A stretch of 63,994 nucleotides of DNA, filler included, from Dimargaris cristalligena (lineage: Eukaryota), in the NCBI GenBank assembly GCA_003614675.1. It is 10 parts of 10 records of this genome, joined end to end, with 100 filler letters (N's around TTAATTAATTAA, not from the genome) between each part and the next. Parts side by side here need not be neighbours in the genome. Positions count along the whole stretch, not along the records: positions 1 to 6,356 come from ML003529.1; positions 6,457 to 12,804 come from ML003530.1; 8 more parts are not named here. One strand, written 5' to 3'. How positions within the stretch are numbered: the stretch's first letter is position 1; every line of letters starts with the position of its first letter. Positions 1-11,400 of this stretch are shown one piece after another. The notes under the pieces are model-generated. The model ran no database searches and was not told where the DNA came from. It saw only the letters and a program-made list of their open reading frames with translations. A program made the translations under genes and the position numbers.

Positions 1-1
1 G

Positions 2-910
2 CGTGGTTTCATTAGCCTGGCAGACATCCTGTTTGCAAATTGGGCAGCATTTTTTGCGAGTAGTCAGCCACAGGTCGACGCAAGCGCAGTGGAACTGGTG
101 GCGGCAGGGCAGAATGCGGAGTTCGTCGTCGTCGACGTAGTCCTCAAGACATATGGCGCATTCCTCGGGCTCATTGGGGAGTCGTTTCGCCACAAAAAAG
201 GCCTTGGAGGGAAGGTTTGACACGACACTCACCGGGGCCAAGTCGCGCTTCTGCCTGCGGTGCAGCCGAACCCGGTAGAGTGCGTAGACAAACAATAGCA
301 TGATACCGGGGGACAGCACCGTGATCAAAATGACATCGGCCACAGGCAGTGAATAGAGGTCCCCCTGGACCAGGCGAGTTAGGACGGGGGCGGGCAGCAC
401 CCGGTAAACGGCGCGCAGCTCACGGTAGTGGGTGCGGGCGATAAATACGGAGGGTATGTTGATATCGGAGGTGTCCTCCGAGGCATACATAGTGACTAGA
501 GTATCGAAGAACGGGTCGCCGACAATGACGGCGCTGGCCCCGGACTGCTGCATGTTCCGCACTTTATCAATGAAGGCACACTCCCCACGCTCAACCAGGG
601 CGAACCACGGTTGGGGGCTGAGGCCGGCGGGTGGGCGAAAAGGCCGGCACCCGAACCGGTTAGTGGGGTCGGTGGGCGGGAGAGCCACCAGGGAACCAAC
701 CAGGCCCGCCTCGGAGGGTGGGGGCCCAAAGGCGGCTGACCGGTCCGTGAAGGTCTGGTTCGTGGCCTCGACGACAATAAGACCACTGACGCCAAAGTAG
801 GGCAGGGCGGGAATGGTCCCAAGGGTCCAGGTGCCGCCGGGCCAGCATATTAGAAGCAAGGGGATGGCGAACCCCCAGAGGTGCGTAAGCAGGCGATGCA
901 GAGCGCGCAT
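2..910 (-). CDS. PA-domain transmembrane RING-H2 E3 ubiquitin ligase (RNF13/RNF167-like), 3' end runs off the window
   Basis: Absent from the ORF track because it has no stop in the window. My translation from ATG 910: signal-like MRALHRLLTHLWGFAIPLLLICW; PA domain (FTDRSAAFGP...WFALVERGECAFIDKVRNMQQSGASAVIVGD); TM helix (VADVILITVLSPGIMLLFVYALY); RING-H2 CAICLEDYVDDDELRILPCRHQFHCACVDLWLTTRKKCCPICK. Confidence 0.93.
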   Translation of the reverse strand, partial: MRALHRLLTHLWGFAIPLLLICWPGGTWTLGTIPALPYFGVSGLIVVEATNQTFTDRSAAFGPPPSEAGLVGSLVALPPTDPTNRFGCRPFRPPAGLSPQPWFALVERGECAFIDKVRNMQQSGASAVIVGDPFFDTLVTMYASEDTSDINIPSVFIARTHYRELRAVYRVLPAPVLTRLVQGDLYSLPVADVILITVLSPGIMLLFVYALYRVRLHRRQKRDLAPVSVVSNLPSKAFFVAKRLPNEPEECAICLEDYVDDDELRILPCRHQFHCACVDLWLTTRKKCCPICKQDVCQANETT

Positions 911-1489
911 GGTAGAGCGGAGGGGTGGCTGGAGGGACTGAGAATATAACCGATACGCAGAGGGGGTACAAAAAACCTAAAGGTATAAGAAAGGCCAAAG
1001 GAATAAAGGAAAATGGCAGGAGCAAAGGATAAGGGAAATGCGAGGAAAGGCTGTGTGTCAGTAAACTGGTACTGGCGAGAGACTATCCTACTGGCAGTCC
1101 GTTGCCGTGGGTAAAACAGCCAGCGGTGGGAAGGGGTTGGTTGTTTAGTTTGTCCTTGTCCCATTCGGCTTGTCGCTCTTCTATACAAACTAATTAGTGT
1201 GGTGGCGGCGCATCACACACAACCATTTTCTATGAGTGGTCCAGCCAAGTAATAATGGGTAATCAGGTGACTTGTGCGAGACTACCAATGTATTAGTAGC
1301 TCTGCTGTACTATCGCTGAAGGATGTTGTGGGGTGGTGATCCTGTATGCTTTGAGATGGCAGTGGCCGACATGATTCGGCGGAAGCCAGTAGTACTGGTG
1401 GTATATGTGCCCTCCTTTGATCCGAAGCCCATCGTGTTCCTTCTCTTTCTTGCCGTGCTCCCCCCTTGCCCATCACCCTTATCCTAGCG

Positions 1490-1930
1490 GTATGCTGTCC
1501 GTTCCACTACTATCCCCTAGCCATGCGATTTCTGCCATCCACTCGTCCGTTCGTCCATCTATCCATCCATTAATCCGTCCGTCGGTGAGCCAAACCCCGC
1601 ACCGCTCTAATAGTGGATACACGTCGTCGTTACCCATTCGGACCACTCGATTTTCCCGATTTCTCTGAGGAATACTCTCGCAGGGTGTCCAAAATTGGAG
1701 CGATCGGTTCGACTTATGGATGGATGGATGGATGGATCAATGGGCGGATGGATGACCATTAGGTCTATTGTAAAACCCCCGCCGATTGAGTGATAACTGC
1801 TCAATCGGCACCGTTAAAACCCTTATAAACAGACTACTCCCCACAGCACAATCGATTTTATTGACTAATCGCGCTATATGGCCACCTACTATTACTATGT
1901 CGCCCATTCACACAATTCCGATCCACATAG
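1490..1930 (+). other. Predicted 5'-UTR intron of RACK1
   Basis: Donor GTATGC at 1490 after a pyrimidine-rich leader; branch-like TGACTAAT at 1862; no AG until CATAG at 1930; ATG at 1957. Confidence 0.65.
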
Positions 1931-1956
1931 CTACACACGCTTCATTGCCAGTCAAT

Positions 1957-2901
1957 ATGGATACCCTTTTGAACCGCGGAACTCTTCGAGGCCACTCCGA
2001 CTGGGTGACTGCCATCGCCACCACCGCCGAGAACCCCGATATGATCATCTCGTCTTCCCGTGACAAGAGCCTCATCATCTGGACCCTGTCCCGCGATGAG
2101 TCCAGCTTCGGCTACCCTCGCAAGTCCCTCCTCGGCCACAGCCATTTCGTGGAAGACATCGCCATCTCCTGCGACGGTCAGTTCGCTCTGTCCGCTTCTT
2201 GGGATCGCACTCTGCGTCTGTGGGACCTGAACACTGGTAACACCACCCGCCGCTTCGTGGGCCACACCAACGACGTCCTGTCCGTGTCCTTCTCCCCCGA
2301 CAACCGTCAGATCGTCTCCGGCTCCCGCGACAAGTCCATCAAGCTGTGGAACACCCTTGGTGAGTGCAAGTTCAACATCACCCAGGACGGCCACACCGAG
2401 TGGGTCTCCTGCGTGCGCTTCTCCCCCAACGCCGACAGCTCCCTGATCGTTTCCTGCGGTTGGGACAAGTTGGTCAAGGTCTGGGAACTGACCAAGTGCA
2501 AGCTCCGCACCAACCATATTGGCCACACCGGCTACATCAACACCGTGACCATCTCCCCTGACGGTTCCCTGTGCGCCTCCGGTGGCAAGGACGGCATCGT
2601 CATGCTGTGGGACCTCAACGACGGCAAGCATCTGTACTCTCTGGAGGCCAACGATGTCATCAACGCCCTCGTCTTCTCCCCCAACCGCTACTGGCTGTGC
2701 GCCGCCACCGACTCTTGCATCAAAATCTGGGATTTGGAATCCAAGTCCGTCGTGTGCGAGCTCAGCCCCGAATTCACCGATGTCGGCAAGAAGTCCATCC
2801 CCCCCCAGTGCATCTCCCTGGCCTGGTCCGCTGACGGCACTGTCCTCTTCTCCGGCTACACTGATGGTCTGATCCGCGTCTGGCAGGTGACCCGCGTCTA
2901 A
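1957..2901 (+). CDS. RACK1: RACK1/Asc1/Cpc2, 40S-associated WD40 G-beta-like protein (314 aa)
   Basis: [22 protein letters not shown]...SRDKSLIIW...[31 protein letters not shown]...[13 protein letters not shown]; seven WD repeats; strong C-ending codon bias. The true start is ATG 1957, not 1786. CDS is intronless. Confidence 0.98.
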   Translation: MDTLLNRGTLRGHSDWVTAIATTAENPDMIISSSRDKSLIIWTLSRDESSFGYPRKSLLGHSHFVEDIAISCDGQFALSASWDRTLRLWDLNTGNTTRRFVGHTNDVLSVSFSPDNRQIVSGSRDKSIKLWNTLGECKFNITQDGHTEWVSCVRFSPNADSSLIVSCGWDKLVKVWELTKCKLRTNHIGHTGYINTVTISPDGSLCASGGKDGIVMLWDLNDGKHLYSLEANDVINALVFSPNRYWLCAATDSCIKIWDLESKSVVCELSPEFTDVGKKSIPPQCISLAWSADGTVLFSGYTDGLIRVWQVTRV

Positions 2902-3542
2902 ATCGCGGAACCAACGCCTAATATTCCGGCTATGTGACTACTTTTCTCCTCCCCCCCGCCCTTTCAATCGAACTGTGCTATTTTTAAGCCTTATTTGTGT
3001 TGCGAAGCACCCGTTTATCGGTCCCAATAAAATCTCTACCCCTTTCTATTCGATTCATTATATTGGTAATTCATGATCTGTTTATGCAATCGCAGATGCG
3101 GCTATGTAGGGGTGATATTGGAGCAGAAATGATTTTGAATTGCCCTTAATCTTAAGCGCACTGTTGATTATTTATATACCCATTGGTCAATGCTGGTCTC
3201 GGCTGAGTGATATATTATAGGGCATTAGCCAACAAGCCACCTAGCTACTGCGAATCAGCTGTGGTTTTGATGAATGAATCAGCTTAGGGCCAAAGGCATT
3301 AACAATTTACAACCCAAGGTGGCTGAGCTCCATAAAACTAGGCAAGATTTTGGCCAGTACCTATAAAAACACCCCAATTTTATTGAAATAATACTATGCA
3401 CAAAAATAACTCTAAATACGGTCATTTGAGAGATGGATGTCATCACTTCATAGGGGCGGGATATACCTTTTTAAGGGTCCGCTGAGTTAAATGGCCGCTA
3501 TATGTACAGTAGGGCAATGCGTCTGTGAAGGGGGGGGGGCTG

Positions 3543-4724
3543 CTACTCAAATAAAGCTAACCATGGTCGATGGAGATTGTTATACTCCACGTAAAAGGCA
3601 ATAGCGACTGCTAACAGGGCTAGCCAAGCTAAGCGCCGACCCAGTCCAACAAAGCGTCCCCAGAGCCAACTGGATAGACCACTCACCAATCGGTAGGCAA
3701 CTACAGTGGAGAGTACCATGGCCCCCGACTGTATGCCGGCACGAATGCGGCGGAATAGAATATCCATATGGACGGCCTTCCGTAGGGGGAGGGTCGATTG
3801 GAAGAAATCCACGGCCGGCTCTGGGGAGACTGGGATTCTCTGGCAGAAGGTACCGCTGCCTACGAAAGTGCACCAGCTAGGTAAAGAGGCTTCCGAGGTC
3901 GAGGCAGCGCACCGCTGGGGTGCTACGGGCACGTCCCGTATGGCCCGGCAAGTGTCGGAAGGATAAGGGGTGCCCGGCCACAGTGGTAAGCAGACCAGCC
4001 CCTGGAGAGTTTGAAAGGCCAGCCAGGGAAGCCAGTATGGCTGAAGAACCCGCACCATCGTTAAAGTGGTCCACACCACCAGGGCCAGGTAGCCCAGCAG
4101 AAGCCGGCTGAGAAATGTAGTCAAGTAGTGGGGGCGGTCCAGTCCCACCACCCCCGGCTCCACCGAATCCAACGAAGCCGAGTCCGGGGGGGATGCTGGT
4201 CTGGGCTCCTGCCATATCTGCTGGAGGTGGTGGCCGAGAGCCCGGGTGAAACACACAAACCAGCGGCCGTATTGGAGGAGTGGGCTGGGGCGGTCGGTAG
4301 GCCACTGGGCTTGGCACTCTGGGTCCTGGCGGGCCCTGGTCGAGCCCAGTTGGACCATACGCCAGCCCACCGTGAAGGGGTCCACCAAGCGGTCCAGACC
4401 CCCCTCCAGCTGTTGGATATAGTAAGGGGCTGGCTCCAGGGCCCCGTGGGCTGAGAACCAGGAACGCCCTAGGGGCTGGTCAAAGTAGTCGACGGCACGC
4501 CCCAGACCCGCGGGCACGCTTTGGCAAAGCCCACTGGCGGTTGGGGGCAGGTGGAAGTCGTTACAGGTGGAGGCCAGCAGTTCGGTGAATAGGCGAAGGT
4601 ACAAGGGAAGAAGGTGGTATGACCACGGAAGCACACACGGGAAAGAGGCAGCGGCCATGACGACTAGGCTGGAAGATTTACAAAGCCGGGGGATATGCGC
4701 AAAGGTTCGGACAAAAGAGAACAT
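3543..4724 (-). CDS. Uncharacterised multi-pass membrane protein
   Basis: Long open frame with several hydrophobic segments (LLLGYLALVVWTTLTMV; LAWLALLAVAIAFYV). Start uncertain (ATG 4724 or 4658); the ORF-track extension to 5015 reads through a purine/pyrimidine-skewed intergenic tract. Confidence 0.6.
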   Translation of the reverse strand: MFSFVRTFAHIPRLCKSSSLVVMAAASFPCVLPWSYHLLPLYLRLFTELLASTCNDFHLPPTASGLCQSVPAGLGRAVDYFDQPLGRSWFSAHGALEPAPYYIQQLEGGLDRLVDPFTVGWRMVQLGSTRARQDPECQAQWPTDRPSPLLQYGRWFVCFTRALGHHLQQIWQEPRPASPPDSASLDSVEPGVVGLDRPHYLTTFLSRLLLGYLALVVWTTLTMVRVLQPYWLPWLAFQTLQGLVCLPLWPGTPYPSDTCRAIRDVPVAPQRCAASTSEASLPSWCTFVGSGTFCQRIPVSPEPAVDFFQSTLPLRKAVHMDILFRRIRAGIQSGAMVLSTVVAYRLVSGLSSWLWGRFVGLGRRLAWLALLAVAIAFYVEYNNLHRPWLALFE

Positions 4725-5131
4725 GAGAGGAGGAAATCCGTCTGTCTCCCTCTCCTTTTCCTCTCGGCAGGGCATATACCCATAACTAGAGCATATACAC
4801 AGAACCAGGGCATATACACAGAATAAGTGCACCTTGAACTTGCCTGCCTCGCCACCCTTTAAGGCCGTGAATGATATAATCAAACCCAGCATATCCAGAA
4901 AGAGCCCCACGCCTTGCTTACCAACCACGCTGCTGGAGTGTTTCATTCCTTTTTTCTTCCTCTCTTTCTGCTGGATGTAGCCCTCCCATTCCTTTCCCCC
5001 TTTTCCTTTCTTCACACCTTGCCCTTCTCCTTTCCCCGTGCTCGTCGCTGGGTCCTTCGCTCAGTCCGTTCCCGCTATTTAGGTACCCCTCCCCGGCCGG
5101 GTCTCTCCCTCGGCTTACCCGTTTGTTCACC

Positions 5132-6356
5132 ATGTACGTCACCTGTCCCTGCCTCAACACTAAAGTTCACCTGTCCGCGCCCGTCGAGCCCGACTCGGAG
5201 GCCTGGCGCCTCGCCTTAGCCGGGGTGGTGCTGGAGCAACCCCTTGCCCAATATCAAGACCACCCCACGACCCCCACCGCCGTGTGTCGAACCGTCACCT
5301 GCGCTAATTGCGACACCCCCGTATATACCTTCACCGCCGACCCCGCGGTCCTCACCGAGGACACCTATTTGCCCGTTAACGGGGTTCTGACGCCCCTCCC
5401 GCCACTCACCCAGGAGGAAGAGGCCCTGCGCATCGCCCGGACCAGCACCGGTTATTCCCCCGTCTTCCGTTTTATTGTGGATTATCACTCCAGCCTGGAT
5501 CCGCCAACCACCACCGATGGGCCTTCAGGTCCCTCGATTCGCGCTCGCTTGACCACGCTTCCCAGGCGCATAGTCACCGACATTGAGGCCCAGGCCAACC
5601 GCTACCTCCGGATACAGCACCAGGCGGTGACTTCGCAGCAGTTGGGGACTGCCTCGGAGGCGCAAACCGAATTGGAGCGGCTCCAGGCCCTTGTCGAGCA
5701 TGACTCACTACTCCTGGTGGATCGGTTCCATCAACTAATTACCCAGGGCCGCTTACACTTAACCGGCGCCTTGTGCACAACCCCGGCCCTCCAACTCATC
5801 CGTATCTTACCGAATCCTGCCGACCCGGCCACTCTGGCCATGATCACGGAAGGCACCCTTGAGGCCCCTCTGCGCTCCATTCCCCGGCGGACCTCGGTAT
5901 CGGCCCGGGCCCAGAGTCTCCGTCCCGCCCTGGCCGACCTGGTGGACCCCCGCTCTCAGATTCCCCTACCTCCCCTGACCAGCAACGGTCGCAGCGACGC
6001 CGAGCTGGCCGCCTTATCGTTGCACTTTAACCACCTGGATGCCCTAGAGCAGCGCCGCCGCGTCGAAACGCTACATGAAATGCACCGTGAAGACGAAGAC
6101 GGGCTTGAGGTCCCTGCTCCACCCGCCCCCACCGCTCCGCCAGCCCTCACCCGCCGTCGCGCCACCGTGACCCGACCTACTGAAATGTTCCAATTCGACC
6201 GGGATGAAGACTCCGGTCCCTCAGCAGCCAAACCACCGTCTCGGTTTGACCCTCTCCGCCGGAACACGCTCGGCACCTCCTTGCGTCCCTCCAACGCCTC
6301 GCACTTTTCCCGGGACTCCTCTCTCAGCGCTTCCCACCGCCCCCCTGTCCCGCTCT
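5132..6356 (+). CDS. Uncharacterised protein: N-terminal CxC/CxxC putative zinc module, helical middle, disordered Pro/Ser/Arg tail; truncated by contig end
   Basis: caccATG at 5132; MYVTCPCLNTKVHL...VTCANCDT...YSPVFRFIV; open to the N-linker. Confidence 0.8.
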
Positions 6357-6456
6357 NNNNNNNNNNNNNNNNNNNNNNNNNNNNNNNNNNNNNNNNNNNN
6401 TTAATTAATTAANNNNNNNNNNNNNNNNNNNNNNNNNNNNNNNNNNNNNNNNNNNN
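6357..6456. other. Artificial contig linker
   Basis: N-run / TTAATTAATTAA (stops in all six frames) / N-run, 100 nt. Confidence 0.99.
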
Positions 6457-6457
6457 C

Positions 6458-6763
6458 GCCTCTACCCCGGCCCAGCGGGAAGCAAGCCCGTCCCCAGCCC
6501 GCGCCACTTCGCCTCGCCTGACCCAGCGCGTGACCACGGATCGCCGGCGCCGTCGCTCCTCGGGCCCGGCCGTCACTGCTGCCCAGCTGCCCCCTTCGCC
6601 CTCGCCGTCGGTGGACGATACTGACGGTGCTTGCGACGGCAAGTCGGAGAAGAGCGAGTGCGACACCCCCACTCCAACACGCACCAAACCCGCCAGCCGG
6701 AAGCGTAAACTGGCCGGCCAGGCACCGGCCCTGCCCGCCATCCCCGAAACCACCGCTGCCTAA
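6458..6763 (+). CDS. 3' end of a low-complexity Ser/Pro/Arg-rich protein with a basic NLS-like RKRK (5' truncated)
   Basis: GC-rich open frame from the contig start to TAA 6763 (ASTPAQREASPSPARATSPR...KPASRKRKLAG...), followed by AT-richer 3'-UTR-like sequence. Confidence 0.6.
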   Translation, partial: ASTPAQREASPSPARATSPRLTQRVTTDRRRRRSSGPAVTAAQLPPSPSPSVDDTDGACDGKSEKSECDTPTPTRTKPASRKRKLAGQAPALPAIPETTAA

Positions 6764-8435
6764 GTGGGTGTTGTTTGTCAGAATTATGCTTTGGCCAGCC
6801 ACCCTAACGATGCCACTCCCGACCTTGTTACTTCTCTGGCTTCTAAGCAATTCGACCCGCGGCCAATGCTAGGCATCGCGTAGATATTCTGGCCAACTGT
6901 TCCCTTGACTGTTAATACTACATATGCTATTCCTTTCAAGAAAAACTCGGAAAGGTATATATATATTTAATCACACTCCACGTAAATTTAAAGCTCTTCT
7001 CCAAAATAACCAGGGAAGTCCTCCTACTCGAGTTGACGGACCAAAAACGGACCTTGAATTTATCCCAAGAAACGTTCCTATAGTTTCCGACCAAGCAGCC
7101 TGCTGCTCCACAAACTGGAACCAAACCACCCCCTTGTACATCCAAATTGGCCAGTAGTGGATGAGCTATAAGGCACGCCGCCGCGTTATACTGTATTCCA
7201 GAAACCGTAGATATCATCCGCCAATAGCTGGCGGGGCTATTTTTTAAAGTCAGTTAGTTCGTACCAAATTGATATTAGGGGCAATCAGCTTTGGAGAACG
7301 GGTGTATTCGTGCTATACCCGATTGTTTAGGATGATTTTGTCGTTCGCAGTCAGTTGCAACTGGGTAATACTGGTCTCGGGCCACGTCAAGCTTCTCTAT
7401 AGTTGGCTCAAACATTAATGGCGTGGTATGTAAAGCGAATGCAGGGACCTGGTTATGACCCTTCACCACATAGGTTTTTTGACCAACCGCCAGTTATTTG
7501 TTCACACCCACAGCTACAAGCCATCCATCCCAACCAGGGTTGGGCTCATTCACGGCAGGGGCAATGGTGGGGGGGGGGCGGTGGCAGAAAATACCCAAGT
7601 ATAGATTGGGTGCACGAGGGTTTCGAGCGGATTTGAATGGTAACGGATAACCAGTCGCTCCTCAATGGGTCCCTCCTATCAAACAGTTCCCCGCTAAGAA
7701 GAAGGGATGGGTCTCTTCAAGGTGTTTTCGTGAAGTTCTTGGAAGCCTCCTCAAGCAATCTTCCATTCCCCAAATGATAACCGAGACAAACGGTACGGGG
7801 CGGCGGGTGGATGTGCGGAAGGTCTATAGGGGCGCCAAAGAACCATGCAGCGAGAGCCCTAAATTTATGGGGCAAATGGTCGCAACACCGGCTGTAGGTG
7901 AGGAAATGGGCCAGGCTGCTTTAGCAATACCCCGGGTGATCTTTCCACTTCAGTACAACCAGAGTCGGGGCGTCGAGACCTCGATTGTCAAGGAGGGTAG
8001 CAAAGAATTCTGACCGGCTGACCCCGACGCCACATAGTTAAGACTTTTAATATAGCCAGAAAGCCAGATCCTATTCAGCCGGATACTCCATTCCCGTGTC
8101 CACTATAACTAGTATAAAGATCCCAGAGCTCGCTCACCCTACAGGCCATATCCTCTCCAGCACCCCTGATTCGACTATTATCCGCTAAGCAGCGTTTCTA
8201 TTAATATTTTCCCACCCTTGTTTTGGGTCGATTGAGCCTATCCCCACGAGTGACAGCCATTGGTCCCATTTCATGTGCATGCGCATATAATCCCTTGCAT
8301 TCCCAGTATCACCAGTGTATACCTATATACTCCTGTGACCTACCCCACCCCGGGCTTTCCTATCTTCTCTCTTCCTTTCGATCCTCCTATCAACCACCAG
8401 GCATCGTTACCCCCATCGCACCCTCGCCGTTCCTG

Positions 8436-11400
8436 ATGTACCGTTACACCCACGAGCTCGCCGGCCCCCTCGGGCCCACCGGAGAAGCTGGACTACTCGA
8501 TTTTATCAAGGTTCACAATCTGGTCAACGACGTACAACTGCACTACAACGCCCCGTTGCATGAACTACACCTGGCCTGTCAAGAAACCGAACCATTGACC
8601 AGGCTGAAGGACCGGATACCCACCCTTTTGGCCAAGTTCCTTACCACCACCCCCGCCCCCGAGGGTGTCGACACTCGTTCGCCGAAATCATCCCCGCCAC
8701 CACCTACCGTCCCTGAGTCCCGGGCGGAGTCGGTCGGCTCTGTTGACTGGGAGTTTACTTCCCCTCTACACCGAGAGTCGCCGGCCCCTCAGGACCGCTC
8801 AGCGGTAATAATGGATCTTGCCCCGCCTCCCGCCCGTAGTAGCACCTTCCTCAATCGGTTCATTCTTCCTGGACTGGCCCACGGATTTGACCACATTCTG
8901 GCCCCGTCCCAAGGGAGCGAAGCAATAGCCCCTTTTCGTGAACCGTCGAACTACCAACCCTATGTTATTCGGGATGCAACCCAGGATACCTTCATTCGCG
9001 CCAAGAGCACTACCCCGCTCTTTCACTTTGAACGCACCTCGCCCATCGGTACTGGTCTATTTGTACCACTAAACGCCTTAGACCAGCAGTCCATTTTCCG
9101 GCGTCTGGTTGATGGGGCCCTCAAAAACCCCGCCTCCCGGCCTCCGATCCCATTTATTCTGGTAAGAAAATCGGACCGCACTCGGGACCTCCAGGTCCAG
9201 GAACTTCGTAGCCTTCCCTCCACCTCGAAGGGAACCAACAACCTGGGCTACTACCAACCTCGGGCCCAGTCCCCTAATCCACCGGCAGCCAAGGGCGCAC
9301 ATTTAAATACGGCATTTGGGCATTTTCGACGGGCCACCCGTGCTCCGATCCAGAAAACACCCGTGTCGGCCTATAGCGAGATCCCAGGTTCGCTACAATG
9401 GCATTCGCCTCAGTCCACTCCGGCCCAAGGTCCAGGCAAGCGGAGAACCCCGCCTCCACTTACACCTGCTTCCAAGCGCCAGCGCCATCCATCCGGCCGC
9501 AATGTTGGTCAAATGGTAGGTGCAGGTGCCCCCACTAGCCACGTAAAAAATAGAGCGGCAACTCCGGCGGCCAAGTTCCGCGAAATTGCACAGCGGGTGA
9601 TTTACAGCAACCCCTCCTCTCCCGAGCCCATCGTTAAGGTCAACCGGCTTTCCGACAGTTTGTTCTTTAATCCCATGCAACAATCAGCCCCAATGGAGTG
9701 GAATACCCCCGACAATTTAGAAGCCGCCGCTACTCCTGTCGCTGACCATGTCCTCTCTGATTCAACACTGCCTCAGGCCTCCCCGTCCCCCGCAGCTGAG
9801 CATGAAGATAAGGACCCGTCTGGGCCATTTGGCAAGGAAATTGCGCATATCCACGATCTTCTGAAGGACCTGCCGCAGGCCTCCAGAGGTAGCCTCAAGC
9901 ACATGCTGGAGCAGCTGGTGGCCTCCCAGGCCGGCGAGGAAGACACGGCGGAGTCTCTGGGATCCATTTCCGATCCTGATTCCGACTCTGATTCCGACTT
10001 TGATGTCAAAAGGTTTGTGGAGGAACGAGTGACGGAGATTGAATCAATGGCCCAGCCAGAGGTTGGCACGCCCCCTGAGATGACGGACTTGGTGGATTTG
10101 ACCGAATTGCCCGACGTATTTATGACCCACCATGAGCCCCAAGGTAAGGCGGCTTCGGAAACCACGCTCGAATCAAGCGAGGGTACCGAATCGGAGGTTA
10201 GACCCCCGCCCGAGATTAAACGGTCGATCCCTTCTCTATTCGATCAACAGCCTTGCGCCACCGACCCGTCGACGCAACCAGATTTGGACCACGGTCTACA
10301 GTTTCCCATTGCCGTATCGGACACCGATTCCCAAATAAGGGCCGCTTCGGAGCCCTCGATTCCGCTGTCACAAAATCTGGCCTTGGCCACTAATGGACGA
10401 CTTGAGCAGGGCCACCTGAATCACGAGTTGAAATCTTTCCTTCAGCTGTACACCACCCTGGCTCCACAGCTCCAGCTTCTGCGTTCGTATGCGGGCGAAG
10501 TCATGTTGAGCGCTCGGTTCGGCCGGGTAATGTACTTCAACTGTAAGCCGGATTTATTGGCCCGGGAATGGACCGCGGAGACGTTGAGCCAGTTTAAAGT
10601 GGAATCGTCTGGTGTCTTCCGAACCTTTTCCTGTCGGTTACCCGTCGATCCTGTGAACTGCGCCATGACAGTTAGTCGGCATCTGAACCCTCCATGTGAT
10701 ATTGGTAGCTTCGTGTACCGAGAGGCTTTGGGCCGAGCCCACTACAAGCGATACTGTGAAAATACTCTAAATCCGGCTGGCGAGGAGTCGTCATCCCTGA
10801 CTATGCTCTTGGACAACCCTCTCCAATCCCAGGCCGCGCTGGCGGTTCCGGTATGCCAATCCATCCGGGCGGTTGAGTTTAGCGTATTTGCATTAACCCA
10901 GCTCCATGGCGACATCAAATTCCGCCCGTGTAAATTAACGATTGACTTGTCGAATGGGTCCCTCCTGCGAGTGGTCAGCAACAAGTCTCACCTGGCCGAT
11001 TTTCCCATTTCGTCGCTGGACCAGCCGTTTGACGTTCGGATTGGCCTGCACTGCCGACGGCATATTGAACTCTATGATAACGCGCACCAAACTTTTGCTG
11101 ACCAGGTCAAGATCCGCAATAACGGACGTAGTATCGAGTTTAGTGACATTCCTGGGTCTTTGTACGTTCGCAAGGTCAAGGTCCGCCTAACCAAGGCCTA
11201 CCCCCTGGCAGGCCCGTTTGTGGCATTGGTATCGGAGGTTTTCGAGTTATTCAGTCGCAATATAGATGAATGCTCGGCTTTCAAAAAGCCCCATCACTCC
11301 ATGGCCTCAGGATACAATTCCACCGCCAAAGGCAGGCTGCCTGATCCAGTTCTCCGACAACCGCTTAAGGTTGGTAACCAAACTCCGCCCACCTACTCTC

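Noticed and set aside
1600-1720. U24-type C/D snoRNA or tRNA in the RACK1 intron (CTGA near 1664, GGTTCGA near 1705)
   Set aside because: No RTGATGA C box, no recognisable U24 guide sequence and no cloverleaf.
1786-1956. N-terminal extension of RACK1 in the ORF track
   Set aside because: Starts at TTG inside the predicted intron; homology begins at ATG 1957.
1942-2631. 229-aa antisense ORF over RACK1, and similar shadow ORFs over the PPR, S8, CDC73 and gag-pol genes
   Set aside because: Expected by-product of strong codon bias and high GC on the sense strand; no motifs.
6401-6412. TTAATTAATTAA recurring every ~6.4 kb as a biological periodic repeat or CRISPR-like array
   Set aside because: Always centred in N-runs; it is an artificial six-frame-stop linker.
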